Assembly (NCBI GenBank): GCA_965215185.1 | Contig: OZ244034.1 | Span: 2,176,001 to 2,240,000, forward strand | From: Acidimicrobiia bacterium | Lineage (GTDB): Bacteria; Actinomycetota; Acidimicrobiia; Spongiisociales; ZC4RG35 | DNA length: 64,000 nt | Reading direction: 5' to 3' | In this document: in pieces, positions 1-10,400 of the stretch | Layout of the letters: the number at the start of each line of letters is the position of its first letter | Numbering within the stretch: the stretch's first letter is position 1 | Notes under the pieces: generated by a model | What the model was told of the DNA's origin: nothing | Databases searched by the model: none | The model's input: only the letters and a program-made list of their open reading frames with translations | Translations under genes and position numbers: made by a program

Positions 1-595
1 AACACCGACGAGCAGGTAAGACTGTCCGCTTCGCAGCCGACTGTCGGAATCGTTGCGCCTCGTGACAAGAACCCCCAGATCGTGATGTGGGACCCCGCCG
101 TCTACTCCTTTGACAGCTTTGCTGACATCGGAGCGTCGGGAGCCACGCTTCTCTACTTTGAGGGCGCCACCTACATCGACTATCTGTTGGGCAAGGGCTG
201 GGTATCCCAGGACCAGATCGACTCCTCCTATGACGGGTCCCCGGCGAGGTTCATCGCCGAGGGGAACCTGGTTCAGCAGGGATTCGCATCGAGCCTTTCC
301 GCCGAGGCCACCCACTTCTCCACCCGCAGGTGGAAAGATCGTAATCCGGGCCACCGACGCCGGTTACCACTCAAAAAGGTAGCTTCCTGCGGATGACGCT
401 CAGTTGGAACTCGGGTTGATCGGCAACGGACCCAACGACACCATCGGCGACTTCGACATGGATCGAACCAACGAGGTGATCGCGCTTCTCGACGAGATCT
501 ACGGCCCGCAAGGACTGCAGACCTACGACCCGAACGTGACCGCCACCGACATCGCCACCAACGAATTCATCGACCCCAGCATCGGACTGCCGTAA
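1..595 (+). pseudogene. ABC transporter substrate-binding protein, 3' part (runs off window start), disrupted at about 300-395
   Basis: Frame 1 is open from base 1 (NTDEQV...PQIVMWDPAVY...SYDGSPARF...QQGFAS). The C-terminus (LELGLIGNGPNDTIGDFD...TNEFIDPSIGLP) is in a different frame at 404-595. The stretch between them is a degenerate copy of 688-770. Confidence 0.6.
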
Positions 596-620
596 CCGGG
601 GAAGAAGAAACACTGACAGC

Positions 621-655
621 AGAAGGGGCCCCAACTTGGGGCCCCTTCTCTCTTT
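621..655. terminator. Intrinsic, probably bidirectional, terminator between convergent genes
   Basis: Perfect inverted repeat AGAAGGGGCCCCA-act-TGGGGCCCCTTCT followed by CTCTTT. Confidence 0.8.
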
Positions 656-670
656 AATATGTGGCTTCTG

Positions 671-1447
671 TTAGCTCCTAGCGTCGCGCCAGGCCACCCA
701 CTTCTCCAGGGTGGAAAGATCGTAATCCGGGCCACCGACGGTTACCACCAAAAAGGTAGCTCCTGCGGACACATAATCTTCTCCCACCGATGCCGGTTCG
801 CCTTCAACCGAACATGATCGTTCTACCTCGGCCGGATCACGCCCCTCCACTTCACACCAGCGGTCGATCACCGCGCTCTTGTGGGCGACGGTTTCCGGAG
901 TTCCGAACCCGTGCCAGATATCGCCGTGGCGGGCCACCAGCCTGAGGGTCTTTTTTTCTCCCATACCTCCAATGAGGATGGGGATCTTTCGCAGCGGAGG
1001 TGGGTTGAGCTTTTTCCAACGAGCTTCGATCCGCGGCAAAGCAGAAGCCAGATCGTCGAGGCGGCCCACCGCGGTTCCGAACTCGTACCCGTAGGAGTCA
1101 TAGTCGAAGCGAAACCATCCCGACCCGATGCCGAGAATGACTCGACCTCCCGATATGTGATCGACGGTGCGAGCCATATCTGCCAGCAGGTCCGGGTTCC
1201 GATAGGAGTTGCAGGTGACCAGGGCGCCAATCTCCACCCGGCTGGTGGATTCCGCCCAAGCTCCCAACATGGTCCAGCATTCGAAATGCTTGCCTCTTGC
1301 ATCCCCATAAAGCGGATAGAAATGATCCCAGTTGAAAACCACATCTGCCCCGATCTCTTCGGCTCTTTGGGCTGTGGAGCGGATAACAGAGTACTCAGCA
1401 TGCTGGGGTTGTAGTTGCAACCCGATTCTGATCGGATAGTTGTTCAT
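671..1447 (-). CDS. LLM-class F420-dependent oxidoreductase
   Basis: Motifs FNWDHFYPL, HFECWTML, IGALVTCNSYRNPDLLADMARTVDHISGGR and ILIGG.GEKKTL. Confidence 0.9.
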   Translation of the reverse strand: MNNYPIRIGLQLQPQHAEYSVIRSTAQRAEEIGADVVFNWDHFYPLYGDARGKHFECWTMLGAWAESTSRVEIGALVTCNSYRNPDLLADMARTVDHISGGRVILGIGSGWFRFDYDSYGYEFGTAVGRLDDLASALPRIEARWKKLNPPPLRKIPILIGGMGEKKTLRLVARHGDIWHGFGTPETVAHKSAVIDRWCEVEGRDPAEVERSCSVEGEPASVGEDYVSAGATFLVVTVGGPDYDLSTLEKWVAWRDARS

Positions 1448-1489
1448 CTTCTCCTCTTGGTTTCTGATAACCCGAACCTTAACCGGCCT

Positions 1490-2626
1490 CTAACCCAGAT
1501 TAGCCGCAGTGTCATGGGCAAGCATATCCACCACCTGCTTAAGGGCCTCCTCCTGGGTAGCTCCGCTGTGAAGGGCGCGGCGAAAAACCCACAACTGATG
1601 CTCTGCCGAGGTGCCGTCCATCACTATCCGGCGGACATGCTGCAGCTCCTTGACACACCCCAACCGCTCCGCTTCCGGCATCAGAACGGCTATCAACTCC
1701 TCTACCAACTCGGAAAAGGGAACCAGGCTGCGTCGCCCCAAGTCCATCAGCGACCCCGTGGAGCCGTACCGCTGCGCCAACCACACGTTCTCCTCCAATA
1801 GGAATGGCAGGTAGGAACGCCACTTTTGGTTCTTGGTCCTCAACCGATAGAGCATCCTCAGCAGGCAGACATACACGGTGGCCACCGCTATCGCATCATC
1901 GATCTTGGTGCAGATGTCGGTGACCCGCATCTCCAAGGTTGGGTAGTTGCTGCTAGGTCTGATATCCCACCAGACCTCACTCGGGCTTTGGATCACTCCT
2001 GCGGCGATCAGGACGTCAATGTGACGTTGATATTCGCTCCAACTATCGAACAATTCCGGGTGGCGAGTGCGCGGCATCCCATGTCTCACATACAGGCGAT
2101 AACACTTCAGTCCGGTGTCTTTCCCTCCCCAAAAGGGGGAGGAGGTGCTCAAGGCCAACAGGTGGGCCAGAAAGTAGGAGACCTGTCCCATCAGATCGAT
2201 GCGCAGGTCCCGATCCTCTATCCCCACATGGACATGCATGCCGCAGATCACCATCCGACGGGCGAGGGACCGCACCCTTGCTTCCAGCATCAAATAGCGT
2301 TCCCCTACCGACACTTTCTGGTCCCACCACTGGGCGAAAGGATGGGTGGAGGCGGCGATCACTTCCATCCCGTATTCCCGAGCCACCCCTATCACCGTTC
2401 TCCGCAGAAAGCGAAGATCATCTCCCAGGGCAGTGATGGAAGAGTAGGGCCTGGTGCTCACCTCGATCTGGGAACGCAACAACTCATGGGTAACCCGCTC
2501 TCCCAGCAGTTCCTGGCATCTATCGAACATCGCCAGGTCGGGATCGGAGACGAGGTCTCTCGTCTCGGGGTCGACCAACATGTACTCCTCTTCGATCCCC
2601 ACCGTAAACGAGGGCCTATCCATCAT
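1490..2626 (-). CDS. Carboxylate-amine ligase (YbdK / glutamate-cysteine ligase family 2), copy 1
   Basis: Motifs FTVGIEEEY, ELLRSQIE, ASTHPF, GMHVHVG, SSPFW, WWDIRP and TLEMRVTD. Start set at MMDRPSF by comparison with the adjacent paralog. Confidence 0.9.
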   Translation of the reverse strand: MMDRPSFTVGIEEEYMLVDPETRDLVSDPDLAMFDRCQELLGERVTHELLRSQIEVSTRPYSSITALGDDLRFLRRTVIGVAREYGMEVIAASTHPFAQWWDQKVSVGERYLMLEARVRSLARRMVICGMHVHVGIEDRDLRIDLMGQVSYFLAHLLALSTSSPFWGGKDTGLKCYRLYVRHGMPRTRHPELFDSWSEYQRHIDVLIAAGVIQSPSEVWWDIRPSSNYPTLEMRVTDICTKIDDAIAVATVYVCLLRMLYRLRTKNQKWRSYLPFLLEENVWLAQRYGSTGSLMDLGRRSLVPFSELVEELIAVLMPEAERLGCVKELQHVRRIVMDGTSAEHQLWVFRRALHSGATQEEALKQVVDMLAHDTAANLG

Positions 2627-2739
2627 GCCGCTCCTTCCCATTGATCCGTACTGTGGAGAAGGATATTCCCCTTCCTCCTCCTCGACTCGCGCCGGAGGCA
2701 TTCAGTTTTGCCCATCAGGGGAGCCCGAGTTGAAGCCCG

Positions 2740-3879
2740 CTACGCCAAATTGGCGGCGGTGTTGGCGGCAAGTGTGTCCACCACCTTCACCAGGGCTTCC
2801 TGCTCGGTGGCGCCACTGTTGAGCGCCCGGCGGAATGCCCACAATTGCCGCTCGGCGGAGGTGCCGTCCTTCACTATCTGCCGCACATGCTGCAACTCGC
2901 TTACGCACCCTATCTCCTCGGCTTCGGGCAGCACCAAGGCGATCATCTCCTCCGCCAACTCGGAGAATGGCACCAGGCGTCTAAGCCCGAAGTCCAGCAG
3001 GGACCCAGTCGACCCATACCTCTGAGCCCGCCAGACGTTCTCATCGAGCAGGAAAGTGGCGTAGGACCGCCAACGCTGGTTGTCGGCCCTCAGACGGAAC
3101 AGCATGCTGAGCAGACATACATAGACCGCTGCTATTGCCAAGGCGTCCTCAATTTTGGTACACACATCGGTGACGCGCATCTCCAAAGTGGGATACCTGG
3201 CGCTGGGACGCACATCCCACCACACTTTGGTGGCGTCCTCGATGATCCCCGCTCCCACTAGTACATCGACGTGCCTCTGATAGGCGCTCCAACTTTCGAA
3301 AGCCTCGGGAAGGCCGGTGCGGGGGAAACTTCGGAACACGTTGACCCGATAGCTCTTCAGCCCGGTGTCGTTTCCTCCCCAAAATGGCGAGGAGGTGCTC
3401 AGTGCCAGTAGGTGGGCTAGAAAGTAGGTGATCTGTCCCATCAGATCGATGCGCAGTTCGGGGTCTTCGATGCCCACATGGACATGCATCCCCCCGGTCA
3501 CCATCCGACGGGCTACGGCCTGCATGTCTCCGGCCAGCATCAGGTACCGCTCGTCCGGCACCACCTGCTGTGTCCACCACTGCGCGAAAGGGTGAGTGGA
3601 AGAGGCGATCACCGCCATCCCGTATTCCCCGGCGGTGTCAACCACCGTCTTGCGCAGATATCGAAGGTTCTCACCCAAATCCTGCAGAGAGGCGAAGGGA
3701 TTGGTGCTCACCTCAATCTGGGAGCGCAACAACTCATGGGTAACCCGCTCTCCCAGCAGTTCCTTGCACCTGCCGAACATCGCCGGGTCAGGATCGGAGA
3801 TGAGATCTCTTGTCTGGGGATCGACCAACATGTATTCTTCTTCGATTCCCAGGGTAAAAGAAGGTCTTTGTAGAGTCAT
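2740..3879 (-). CDS. Carboxylate-amine ligase (YbdK family), copy 2
   Basis: Same motif set, including FPRTGLP. Collinear with copy 1 along its whole length. Confidence 0.92.
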   Translation of the reverse strand: MTLQRPSFTLGIEEEYMLVDPQTRDLISDPDPAMFGRCKELLGERVTHELLRSQIEVSTNPFASLQDLGENLRYLRKTVVDTAGEYGMAVIASSTHPFAQWWTQQVVPDERYLMLAGDMQAVARRMVTGGMHVHVGIEDPELRIDLMGQITYFLAHLLALSTSSPFWGGNDTGLKSYRVNVFRSFPRTGLPEAFESWSAYQRHVDVLVGAGIIEDATKVWWDVRPSARYPTLEMRVTDVCTKIEDALAIAAVYVCLLSMLFRLRADNQRWRSYATFLLDENVWRAQRYGSTGSLLDFGLRRLVPFSELAEEMIALVLPEAEEIGCVSELQHVRQIVKDGTSAERQLWAFRRALNSGATEQEALVKVVDTLAANTAANLA

Positions 3880-3943
3880 ACTGCCTTCCTATATCAACAC
3901 TGATATTGAGGATATCCGTTCGTTTCAATCCTGAATACAAACG

Positions 3944-4939
3944 ATGCGTTTTCCGAGTGCAACATTAGACGAATCGCAGCAACTTCACGTCAGGTTTAGA
4001 ATCTCCGGCGTGATTCCCCATCTCGACCGTCCTGCCCTGGCCAGGCTGGCCCCCTATGGCCGACTGGCCGAACACCTTTACCAGAGCCACCTCAAACCCA
4101 AGGCTCATATCAGGAGGGTTGTGTATTCACCACCGGGGGACGAGCAGGTCTTCATGGGTCTTCCCGCTTGGCAACCGGGAGATTCATTGGGGGTGAAGTT
4201 GGCAACCGTGTTCCCCGAGAACCCGAGCGCCCGGGGGATTCCCTCTGTGCAGGCGGTGTACGTGCTGTTCGACGGCACCACCGGTACCCCTCTGGCGATC
4301 ATGGACGGCACCGAACTTACCTACCGGAAGACCTCGGCCGACTCGGCGCTTGGCTCCCGTCTTTTGTCGAGACCCGATAGCCACACTCTTTTGATGGTGG
4401 GCGCCGGCGGACTGGCTCCCCATTTGATTGCCGCCCACCGGGAGGTCCGGCCTTCCCTTGAACGGGTGCTGATCTGGAACCGCACTCGATCAAAGGCTGC
4501 AGAAATAGCCGCTGCGCTGGGTGCGGAGGTTGTCGATGACCTGAATGAAGCAATCTCTGTGGCTGACATCATCTCCACCGCAACCATGGCGCCCGAACCG
4601 CTTATCTCGGGAGAACTACTCAGCCCGGGTACCCATCTTGATCTGGTGGGCGCCTTTCTCCCTCATATGCGGGAGGTGGACGATGAGGTGATCCGACGGG
4701 CGACCATCTTCGTTGATTCCAGGGACGCGGCGGTCCACGAGTGCGGCGATCTGGTCATCCCGCTCGAATCCGGTCTCATTACCGAAGACGACATCCAGGC
4801 CGACCTATTCCAACTGTGTCGGGGAGATCACCCCGGCCGCCAGCATCCAAACCAGATCACCCTCTTCGAGAACGGCGGTGGTGGTCATCTCGACCTAATG
4901 ACCGCCACCTTCATCCGACAGCAGAGCAACGACTTCTAG
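3944..4939 (+). CDS. Ornithine cyclodeaminase / mu-crystallin family protein (start may be GTG at 4010)
   Basis: Motifs GVKLATVFPEN, LFDGTTG.PLAIMDGTELT..KT, GAG.LA, WNRT, GTHLDLVG and ITLFENGG. Confidence 0.88.
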   Translation: MRFPSATLDESQQLHVRFRISGVIPHLDRPALARLAPYGRLAEHLYQSHLKPKAHIRRVVYSPPGDEQVFMGLPAWQPGDSLGVKLATVFPENPSARGIPSVQAVYVLFDGTTGTPLAIMDGTELTYRKTSADSALGSRLLSRPDSHTLLMVGAGGLAPHLIAAHREVRPSLERVLIWNRTRSKAAEIAAALGAEVVDDLNEAISVADIISTATMAPEPLISGELLSPGTHLDLVGAFLPHMREVDDEVIRRATIFVDSRDAAVHECGDLVIPLESGLITEDDIQADLFQLCRGDHPGRQHPNQITLFENGGGGHLDLMTATFIRQQSNDF

Positions 4940-5040
4940 AGACCACCCTCACGACAACACCCACTAACTCGCGAAACTGGTGGTTGAATTTGGGCTTTCG
5001 GGCCCTCCCCCACCACCACCGCCATCAGTTTGAGAATCGC

Positions 5041-5082
5041 AAAGCCGGCACCGCCCTAGTAGGGGTGGTGGTTTGGCTTTTT
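5041..5082 (+). terminator. Probable intrinsic terminator
   Basis: Imperfect hairpin AAAGCCGGCACCGCCCTA/AGGGGTGGTGGTTTGGCTTT ending in a T tract, between convergent genes. Confidence 0.45.
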
Positions 5083-5227
5083 GAACCTCAAGGCTAAACG
5101 GTCCGTGGAGCTCCTGGTCGGGACCGCAGGTTGTTTGTGTAGCTTCGGTCAGTATGACTCAGCACTGGGTGATGGGTCAACTCCTGATCGGCGGGGATTT
5201 TTCGCGGTATTCGGAGTTTCTTCACCG

Positions 5228-6393
5228 TCAGGATACCTTCGTGCCTCTCCGATAGAAAGAGCCCGTGCCGTGGGAGTGGGTTTCACGACGACGACCATCG
5301 ACGACGAGGGGTGGTCGCAGCGAAAACCTCCCATCGGGGGTTTGGTGGATCTGCCACCTGGCATCATGAACCTGATGGTGGCAACGACTGCATAACAGAC
5401 ACAGATTCTCGATGTCGGTTCGTCCCCCGGCCGACCAGTGGACGATGTGATGGGCTTGACACCAATCAGCAGGCGCCCCACACCCTATGCACCCCTGACC
5501 CCGTACTATCAGCGCCGCCCGCTGGCTGGCGGTGGCGAGCCTCCTGGTCCGCCCCATACGCAATGGCTGGCTCGGGGTCTTAGAAGATGGCTGGCAATAC
5601 CTCGACGTCACAGGCCAGCTTATGCAATTCCCCCACCGGGAGAGGCGGTCCGCCGCTGAGAAGGGGACTTCCGATCCTTTTTGCCACCATGTCGTACTCG
5701 GCGATCAACAGCAGGGTGATACCCTGCAGCCCTCCTTCACCGCCCTGGCGAGTGAGCAGAACCTCGAGGGCATCAGCCATTCGCTGTTCGCTGCTACGCC
5801 GAGCCCGTGGGTCTTCCCTTCGCCACATTTTGGAGGTCTGACGCGACAACGCCGCTCTCACCCGCGCTCCGACAACCGGATCGAAACGACCGTGAATCAC
5901 AGTCATCCCGTCGTTGAGATCTTCTGTTACCTTCAGATAGCGATTCTTCCTTTGCCGCTTCAGCAGCGACACACCCTCATCCCGAGATCTGTCCTGTTCG
6001 TGCTGCCGCACGCTGTTAGCGAACTGCTCCACCGGTTGGTGGGTAGCCAATTCCAGCAACTTGTGCTCGTCGATCTTTCCCCTGCTTGAGGCCTTGGCGA
6101 TGATCCCGGAATGGTCGTAAGTTATCTGGCCCCCATTCAAGGCCTCCCAAGTGTCTTGCAGCTTCAACAATTCCACCGCGGTCTCAGTCTCCACACGAGA
6201 GCGACGACGAGGTAGGCGGGCCACTCGCCGCAACGCTGACGACGCCTCCTCCGCACCCTCACCACGGTGCAACTCCGCCACTATCACCGCCCTGCGCGCC
6301 GCTATCCGCCGCCTCAGCCAAGCTGGTGGAACCCAAAGCTTCTTCCAACTCGGCCAGCGTTGCCTCCCGAACAAGAGCAGAAGACACTGACAC
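5228..6393 (-). pseudogene. DUF222 / HNH endonuclease (13E12-like), two frameshifts (about 6310 and 5582)
   Basis: DUF222-like core (HGRFDP, QRMADAL, LACD) continues in another frame with GRTRRLAT..QR.AL, CIGC, CQAHH..HWSAGG.TDIENL.LLC..CHH.VH. Confidence 0.8.
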
Positions 6394-6546
6394 ATCGACC
6401 CCGTAGGAACACCGGGTTGGCCATAGCTTGTGAGCCCATACCCACAATGTGCAACATGGGTGCGACAAACACCGGGCAAGATCACTAAGTTGGCACATTT
6501 CGGCCCTCCACCCGCCGCCGTCTCTGCTTCGAGTCCCTAACCGATC

Positions 6547-7194
6547 TCAGCTTTCAAACCTCGACGACCCGCCCCCACCCAGGACGTGCTCCCGGGCTCG
6601 AAGGCGAGATTTCTCTGCTACCTCCCGCACCCAACAACCCTCCAGATGATCGTTGACCAGTCCCATGGCCTGCATGAAGGCATAGCAGGTGGTGGGACCC
6701 ACGAACGTCCAACCCCTGCGTCGCAGATCCTTGGCCAAGGCGGCCGATGCCTCGGTGATGGCGGGAGGCGCCGCTCGCAGAGGCGCTGATCCAAACTCCC
6801 CCCATCCCCAGAAATAGGAGGCCAGCGACCCGTGGAAGGCCGCCATCTCCAGAGCGCGGCCCGCGTTGTTGATCACCGAGCGGATCTTCCCGCGATGGCG
6901 GATGATCCCGGCGTTCTGCGCCAAGCGTTCCACATCACGATCTGCGAACTCCATCACTAGATCCGGATCAAAACCCAGGAATGCCTCCCGAAAATTGTCC
7001 CGCTTTCGGAGCACGGTCAGCCAGGAAAGGCCCGCCTGGAACCCCTCCAAACAGATCTTCTCAAACAACCGATGATCGCAGGTGCTCCCAAAGCCCCATT
7101 CTCGGTCGTGATAGCGACGGTACTCGGAAGGGTCGGCACCCCACCAACAACGCACCGCCCCATCCGGGCCCTGAACCAACAAGCCAGGATCCAT
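6547..7194 (-). CDS. tag: DNA-3-methyladenine glycosylase I
   Basis: Motifs RC.W, YHDREWG, LFEKICLEGFQAGLSW, GIIRHRGKI and FVGPTT.YAFMQA.GLVNDH..C. Confidence 0.93.
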   Translation of the reverse strand: MDPGLLVQGPDGAVRCWWGADPSEYRRYHDREWGFGSTCDHRLFEKICLEGFQAGLSWLTVLRKRDNFREAFLGFDPDLVMEFADRDVERLAQNAGIIRHRGKIRSVINNAGRALEMAAFHGSLASYFWGWGEFGSAPLRAAPPAITEASAALAKDLRRRGWTFVGPTTCYAFMQAMGLVNDHLEGCWVREVAEKSRLRAREHVLGGGGSSRFES

Positions 7195-7234
7195 CTTGAA
7201 ATTATCGCAACCGAGTCGACAGGGACTTGCGCCT

Positions 7235-8965
7235 CTAGGCGTTCACCGTCACATCTATGGTGTGATAGCCGGTAGCGCCATCGGGAGCGGGAGGTTGGCG
7301 GAGGTCGGTCTGGGTGACCCCCTCCCCGTCGGTGGCCCGCACTCGCAGTTTGTACCGACCCGGCAGGGGATCCCAATCCAGCTTCCACTGCCGCCAAGAG
7401 TTGTCGGAGATCTCCGCGGACAACTCCGCCTCGGTCCACGGCCCGTTGCCGATCTTCACCTCCACTCGATCCACTCCCCGATGGGGCGCCCAGGCCACCC
7501 CGGCAATAGCGCGGGGACCGGCGGCGATCTGCCCATCACGAGGCGTGTCGATCCGAGATTGAGTTTTGACCGGCGCTTCCTTGGCCCAGCCTCTGGGCAC
7601 CCAGTAGGCATCGAACCCGTCCCAGGTGGTCAACTCCAGTTCCGATAGCCACTTGGTGGCCGACACATAGCCGTACAGTCCCGCCACCACCAACCTAACC
7701 GGAAACCCGTGCTCAATGGGAAGGGGCTCATCGTTCATGCCCACCGCCACCAAAGCGTCCCGCCCGTCAAAGGGGATGGTGGAGGGGAAACCGACAGTGA
7801 AGCCGTCCACCGAGCGCCCCACGATCTGCTGGGCCTCGGGTAGAACTCCAGCTTCGTCCAGGATCAGACTGAGCGGCACTCCCAGCCACTTGGCATGACC
7901 GACCAGCGAGCCTCCCACCGAGTTGGAGACGCAGGACAGGGTTACATAACGCTCCACCAGAGGTCGGGTCAACAACTCATCAAAAGTTATCTCGTAGGGG
8001 TTCTCCACCAGACCCGTGATCCGCAGGGTCCACTCCTCCAGGTTGACCTGCGGCGGCGTGAGAGCGGTGTCGATCAGATAGAAGTCTTCGTTGGGAGTGA
8101 TGATGGGACTGATTCCCGGCACGTCAAGTGAGTGTCCGGCAGGAAGCGGCCCTGCTCCTTCCACGGCCGCCTCAGTGGTGGTTGTGGTCGCCTCGGTGGT
8201 GGTTACCTGAGCGTCGGCCGCCGTGGTCCCCGCGCCCGTGGTGCTGGGCGCAGCCGTGGTGGGCGCAATGGTGGTGACGGTGGTCTCGGTGGCCTGGGGA
8301 AGCACCACGGTGTCGCGGCCCGCCAAGGCCTGTTTGGTGCGTTCCAGCATGAAGCGACCGCCGGCGGCCATTGCCACTCCCAACCCCAACGCTGCCCCCG
8401 CCCCCACCAGGAACTTCCGGCGGGACACGTCCGGCGCCGCTGCGGTCTGCTCAGTCTCATCAACAGCAGGCGCCTCCTCACCGACCCCTCCTTCGGCCAT
8501 CGGGGCATCATCGCTTTCGGGGACCTCCCCCCCAGCGTATCGGTACAGGATTCTGAGAACGGCCAGCGCCACTGCAGCCGCTACGCCGGCGCTGATGATG
8601 GCAATCAACCAGCCCACATCCGGCTCGCGGCTCAACGAAAAGGCGCCGAGCAGGCCGAACAGGCCGAATACCCAGATGGCCGCGGCCCAGCGACGGGCCG
8701 CCAAGATCCCGACCAGTACCCCCAACACCACGGTCACCACCACCATTCCGATGATCAGTGCCAACTTGTCGTAAACGCCGAACACCGCAATAGCGAAGTC
8801 CTTGACGGGCGGGGGAACATAATCAATGGCCAGACCCCCGACCGCCTCAGTCAGGGAAACGGAGACCGGAGAGACTCCGGCTATCAGCTCACCAGCCGCC
8901 AGAGCCAGCGCTGCCGCCAACGCTCCGGCGATCCCATAGCGAGCACGAGATGAAGAAACACGCAT
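7235..8965 (-). CDS. Membrane-anchored molybdopterin-dependent oxidoreductase (sulfite oxidase family)
   Basis: N-terminal TM helices, internal twin-arginine SRRKFL, Thr-rich linker, then TPNEDFY.ID, TLSCVSN, HGFPVRLVVAGLYGYVSATKW and WRQW. Confidence 0.9.
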   Translation of the reverse strand: MRVSSSRARYGIAGALAAALALAAGELIAGVSPVSVSLTEAVGGLAIDYVPPPVKDFAIAVFGVYDKLALIIGMVVVTVVLGVLVGILAARRWAAAIWVFGLFGLLGAFSLSREPDVGWLIAIISAGVAAAVALAVLRILYRYAGGEVPESDDAPMAEGGVGEEAPAVDETEQTAAAPDVSRRKFLVGAGAALGLGVAMAAGGRFMLERTKQALAGRDTVVLPQATETTVTTIAPTTAAPSTTGAGTTAADAQVTTTEATTTTTEAAVEGAGPLPAGHSLDVPGISPIITPNEDFYLIDTALTPPQVNLEEWTLRITGLVENPYEITFDELLTRPLVERYVTLSCVSNSVGGSLVGHAKWLGVPLSLILDEAGVLPEAQQIVGRSVDGFTVGFPSTIPFDGRDALVAVGMNDEPLPIEHGFPVRLVVAGLYGYVSATKWLSELELTTWDGFDAYWVPRGWAKEAPVKTQSRIDTPRDGQIAAGPRAIAGVAWAPHRGVDRVEVKIGNGPWTEAELSAEISDNSWRQWKLDWDPLPGRYKLRVRATDGEGVTQTDLRQPPAPDGATGYHTIDVTVNA

Positions 8966-9047
8966 GATTTCTCAGAATAACCGGTTTGTGAAATAACACT
9001 TGCGGGAAATGCCGAAACGCCTCCAACCCGAGGGCGTCCCCGTCGTC

Positions 9048-9902
9048 TCAACCGGCGGGAGCTTCTCCCGGACGGGAGCCTGCGACTACCAGTGGGTCGG
9101 TTCTGCGGGACCAGTCACTCCAAGACCCCTCATAGAGCAGCCCCGAGAACCCGGCGAGACGCATCGCCAACAGGTTGTGACAAGCCGTAACCCCGCTTCC
9201 ACAATATGTGACTGCACAGTTTTCCGACTCCGACTCGTCCATACCCAGCTCTTCAAAGCGCCGCCGCAAGGCGTCCGAGGGCAGGAATCGCCCTTCGGGT
9301 GTCAGGTTCTTTCCAAAGAAGGCGCTTACAGCGGTGGGAATGTGGCCGGCTTGGGGGTCGGTCGTCTCGTTTTCACCCCGGTAGCGGTCCTCGGAGCGGG
9401 CATCCAGAATCAAGCTTGTGCCCAGCATGGATAGCACATGGTCACCGTCCACCACTCCCCTCCATCCGCCCCTCGCCTGAAATACGACCGGTAAGACCGC
9501 AGGGACCTCCGAAGTGACCGGCAGACCAGCCTCCTCCCAGGCTGGGTAACCGCCATCCAGCACAAACGCCGACTCATGCCCCAGCGCATCCAGCATCCAC
9601 CACAGGCGGGAGGCGATAGCATCCCCCAAAGAATCGTAGGCCACCACTGTGTGATCGTTTCCGATGCCCATTCCACCCAGAGTGCGGGCGAAGACATTCA
9701 CGGGTGGTAAAGGATGGCGGCCTGGTCCTTCCGTTGCGCTCAGATCAGTGTCCAAATCAACAAAACGCGCCCCGGGCAGATGAGCCCGGGCATACTCCGC
9801 CGCGCCCTGACGAGGATCGGCCAGATACCACCGTACATCACAAATGACAGTCCGGGGGTCCGAGATCCTCCCAGCCAGTTCCTCCACGCTCATCAAGGCC
9901 AT
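9048..9902 (-). CDS. sseA: Two-domain rhodanese / 3-mercaptopyruvate sulfurtransferase
   Basis: Motifs HLPGA.F.D, GRHPLP, LDGG, GHIP.A, YCGSGVTAC and LYEGSWSDW. Confidence 0.9.
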   Translation of the reverse strand: MALMSVEELAGRISDPRTVICDVRWYLADPRQGAAEYARAHLPGARFVDLDTDLSATEGPGRHPLPPVNVFARTLGGMGIGNDHTVVAYDSLGDAIASRLWWMLDALGHESAFVLDGGYPAWEEAGLPVTSEVPAVLPVVFQARGGWRGVVDGDHVLSMLGTSLILDARSEDRYRGENETTDPQAGHIPTAVSAFFGKNLTPEGRFLPSDALRRRFEELGMDESESENCAVTYCGSGVTACHNLLAMRLAGFSGLLYEGSWSDWSRRTDPLVVAGSRPGEAPAG

Positions 9903-9920
9903 CGGTGAAGCCTCCCCTGC

Positions 9921-10388
9921 TCAGCCAGTCTCCGGCGCATGGTCGGTTGGGGGATGTTCGTCGTCACAGTCACGTTGATCGGCGGGCATCGGCTCTGGCT
10001 CGGTCGGGGATTGATCTTCGGACTCTTCTACTTCCCGCAACCGGCCTCGCAAATGGGCCGCCCAACCCGAAAGCACATCAGCGATCACCGAGATAAATGT
10101 CCGGGTGGTCTTTTGGACTTGCTGTTTGACTTCTGGATCTTTGAGGGTGTTCCCGGCGCCCGCCACCATGTGGGATAAGGCTCCTCCCAGGGTGCGAAGG
10201 GCCTCGGCCACCTCTTCCCCGGAAGGTCCCTCCGAGGCTCCCCTCCGATAGCTGGAGCGGAAACTGCTACGGAGAGGATCGAACACCCCGCCGGTCTCTT
10301 TCCAACTCGACCCGTTCTCCTCATCGATCCCATGATCGTCGAGTGGGACGCGGCGCTCTTCGCCTTGACCATTGGCGGGATCGCCCAT
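9921..10388 (-). CDS. Hypothetical protein (start uncertain)
   Basis: ORF fills the gap between sseA and the divergent exonuclease. Helical, acidic composition. Confidence 0.55.
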   Translation of the reverse strand: MGDPANGQGEERRVPLDDHGIDEENGSSWKETGGVFDPLRSSFRSSYRRGASEGPSGEEVAEALRTLGGALSHMVAGAGNTLKDPEVKQQVQKTTRTFISVIADVLSGWAAHLRGRLREVEESEDQSPTEPEPMPADQRDCDDEHPPTDHAPETG

Positions 10389-10400
10389 ACCATCGGTGGG

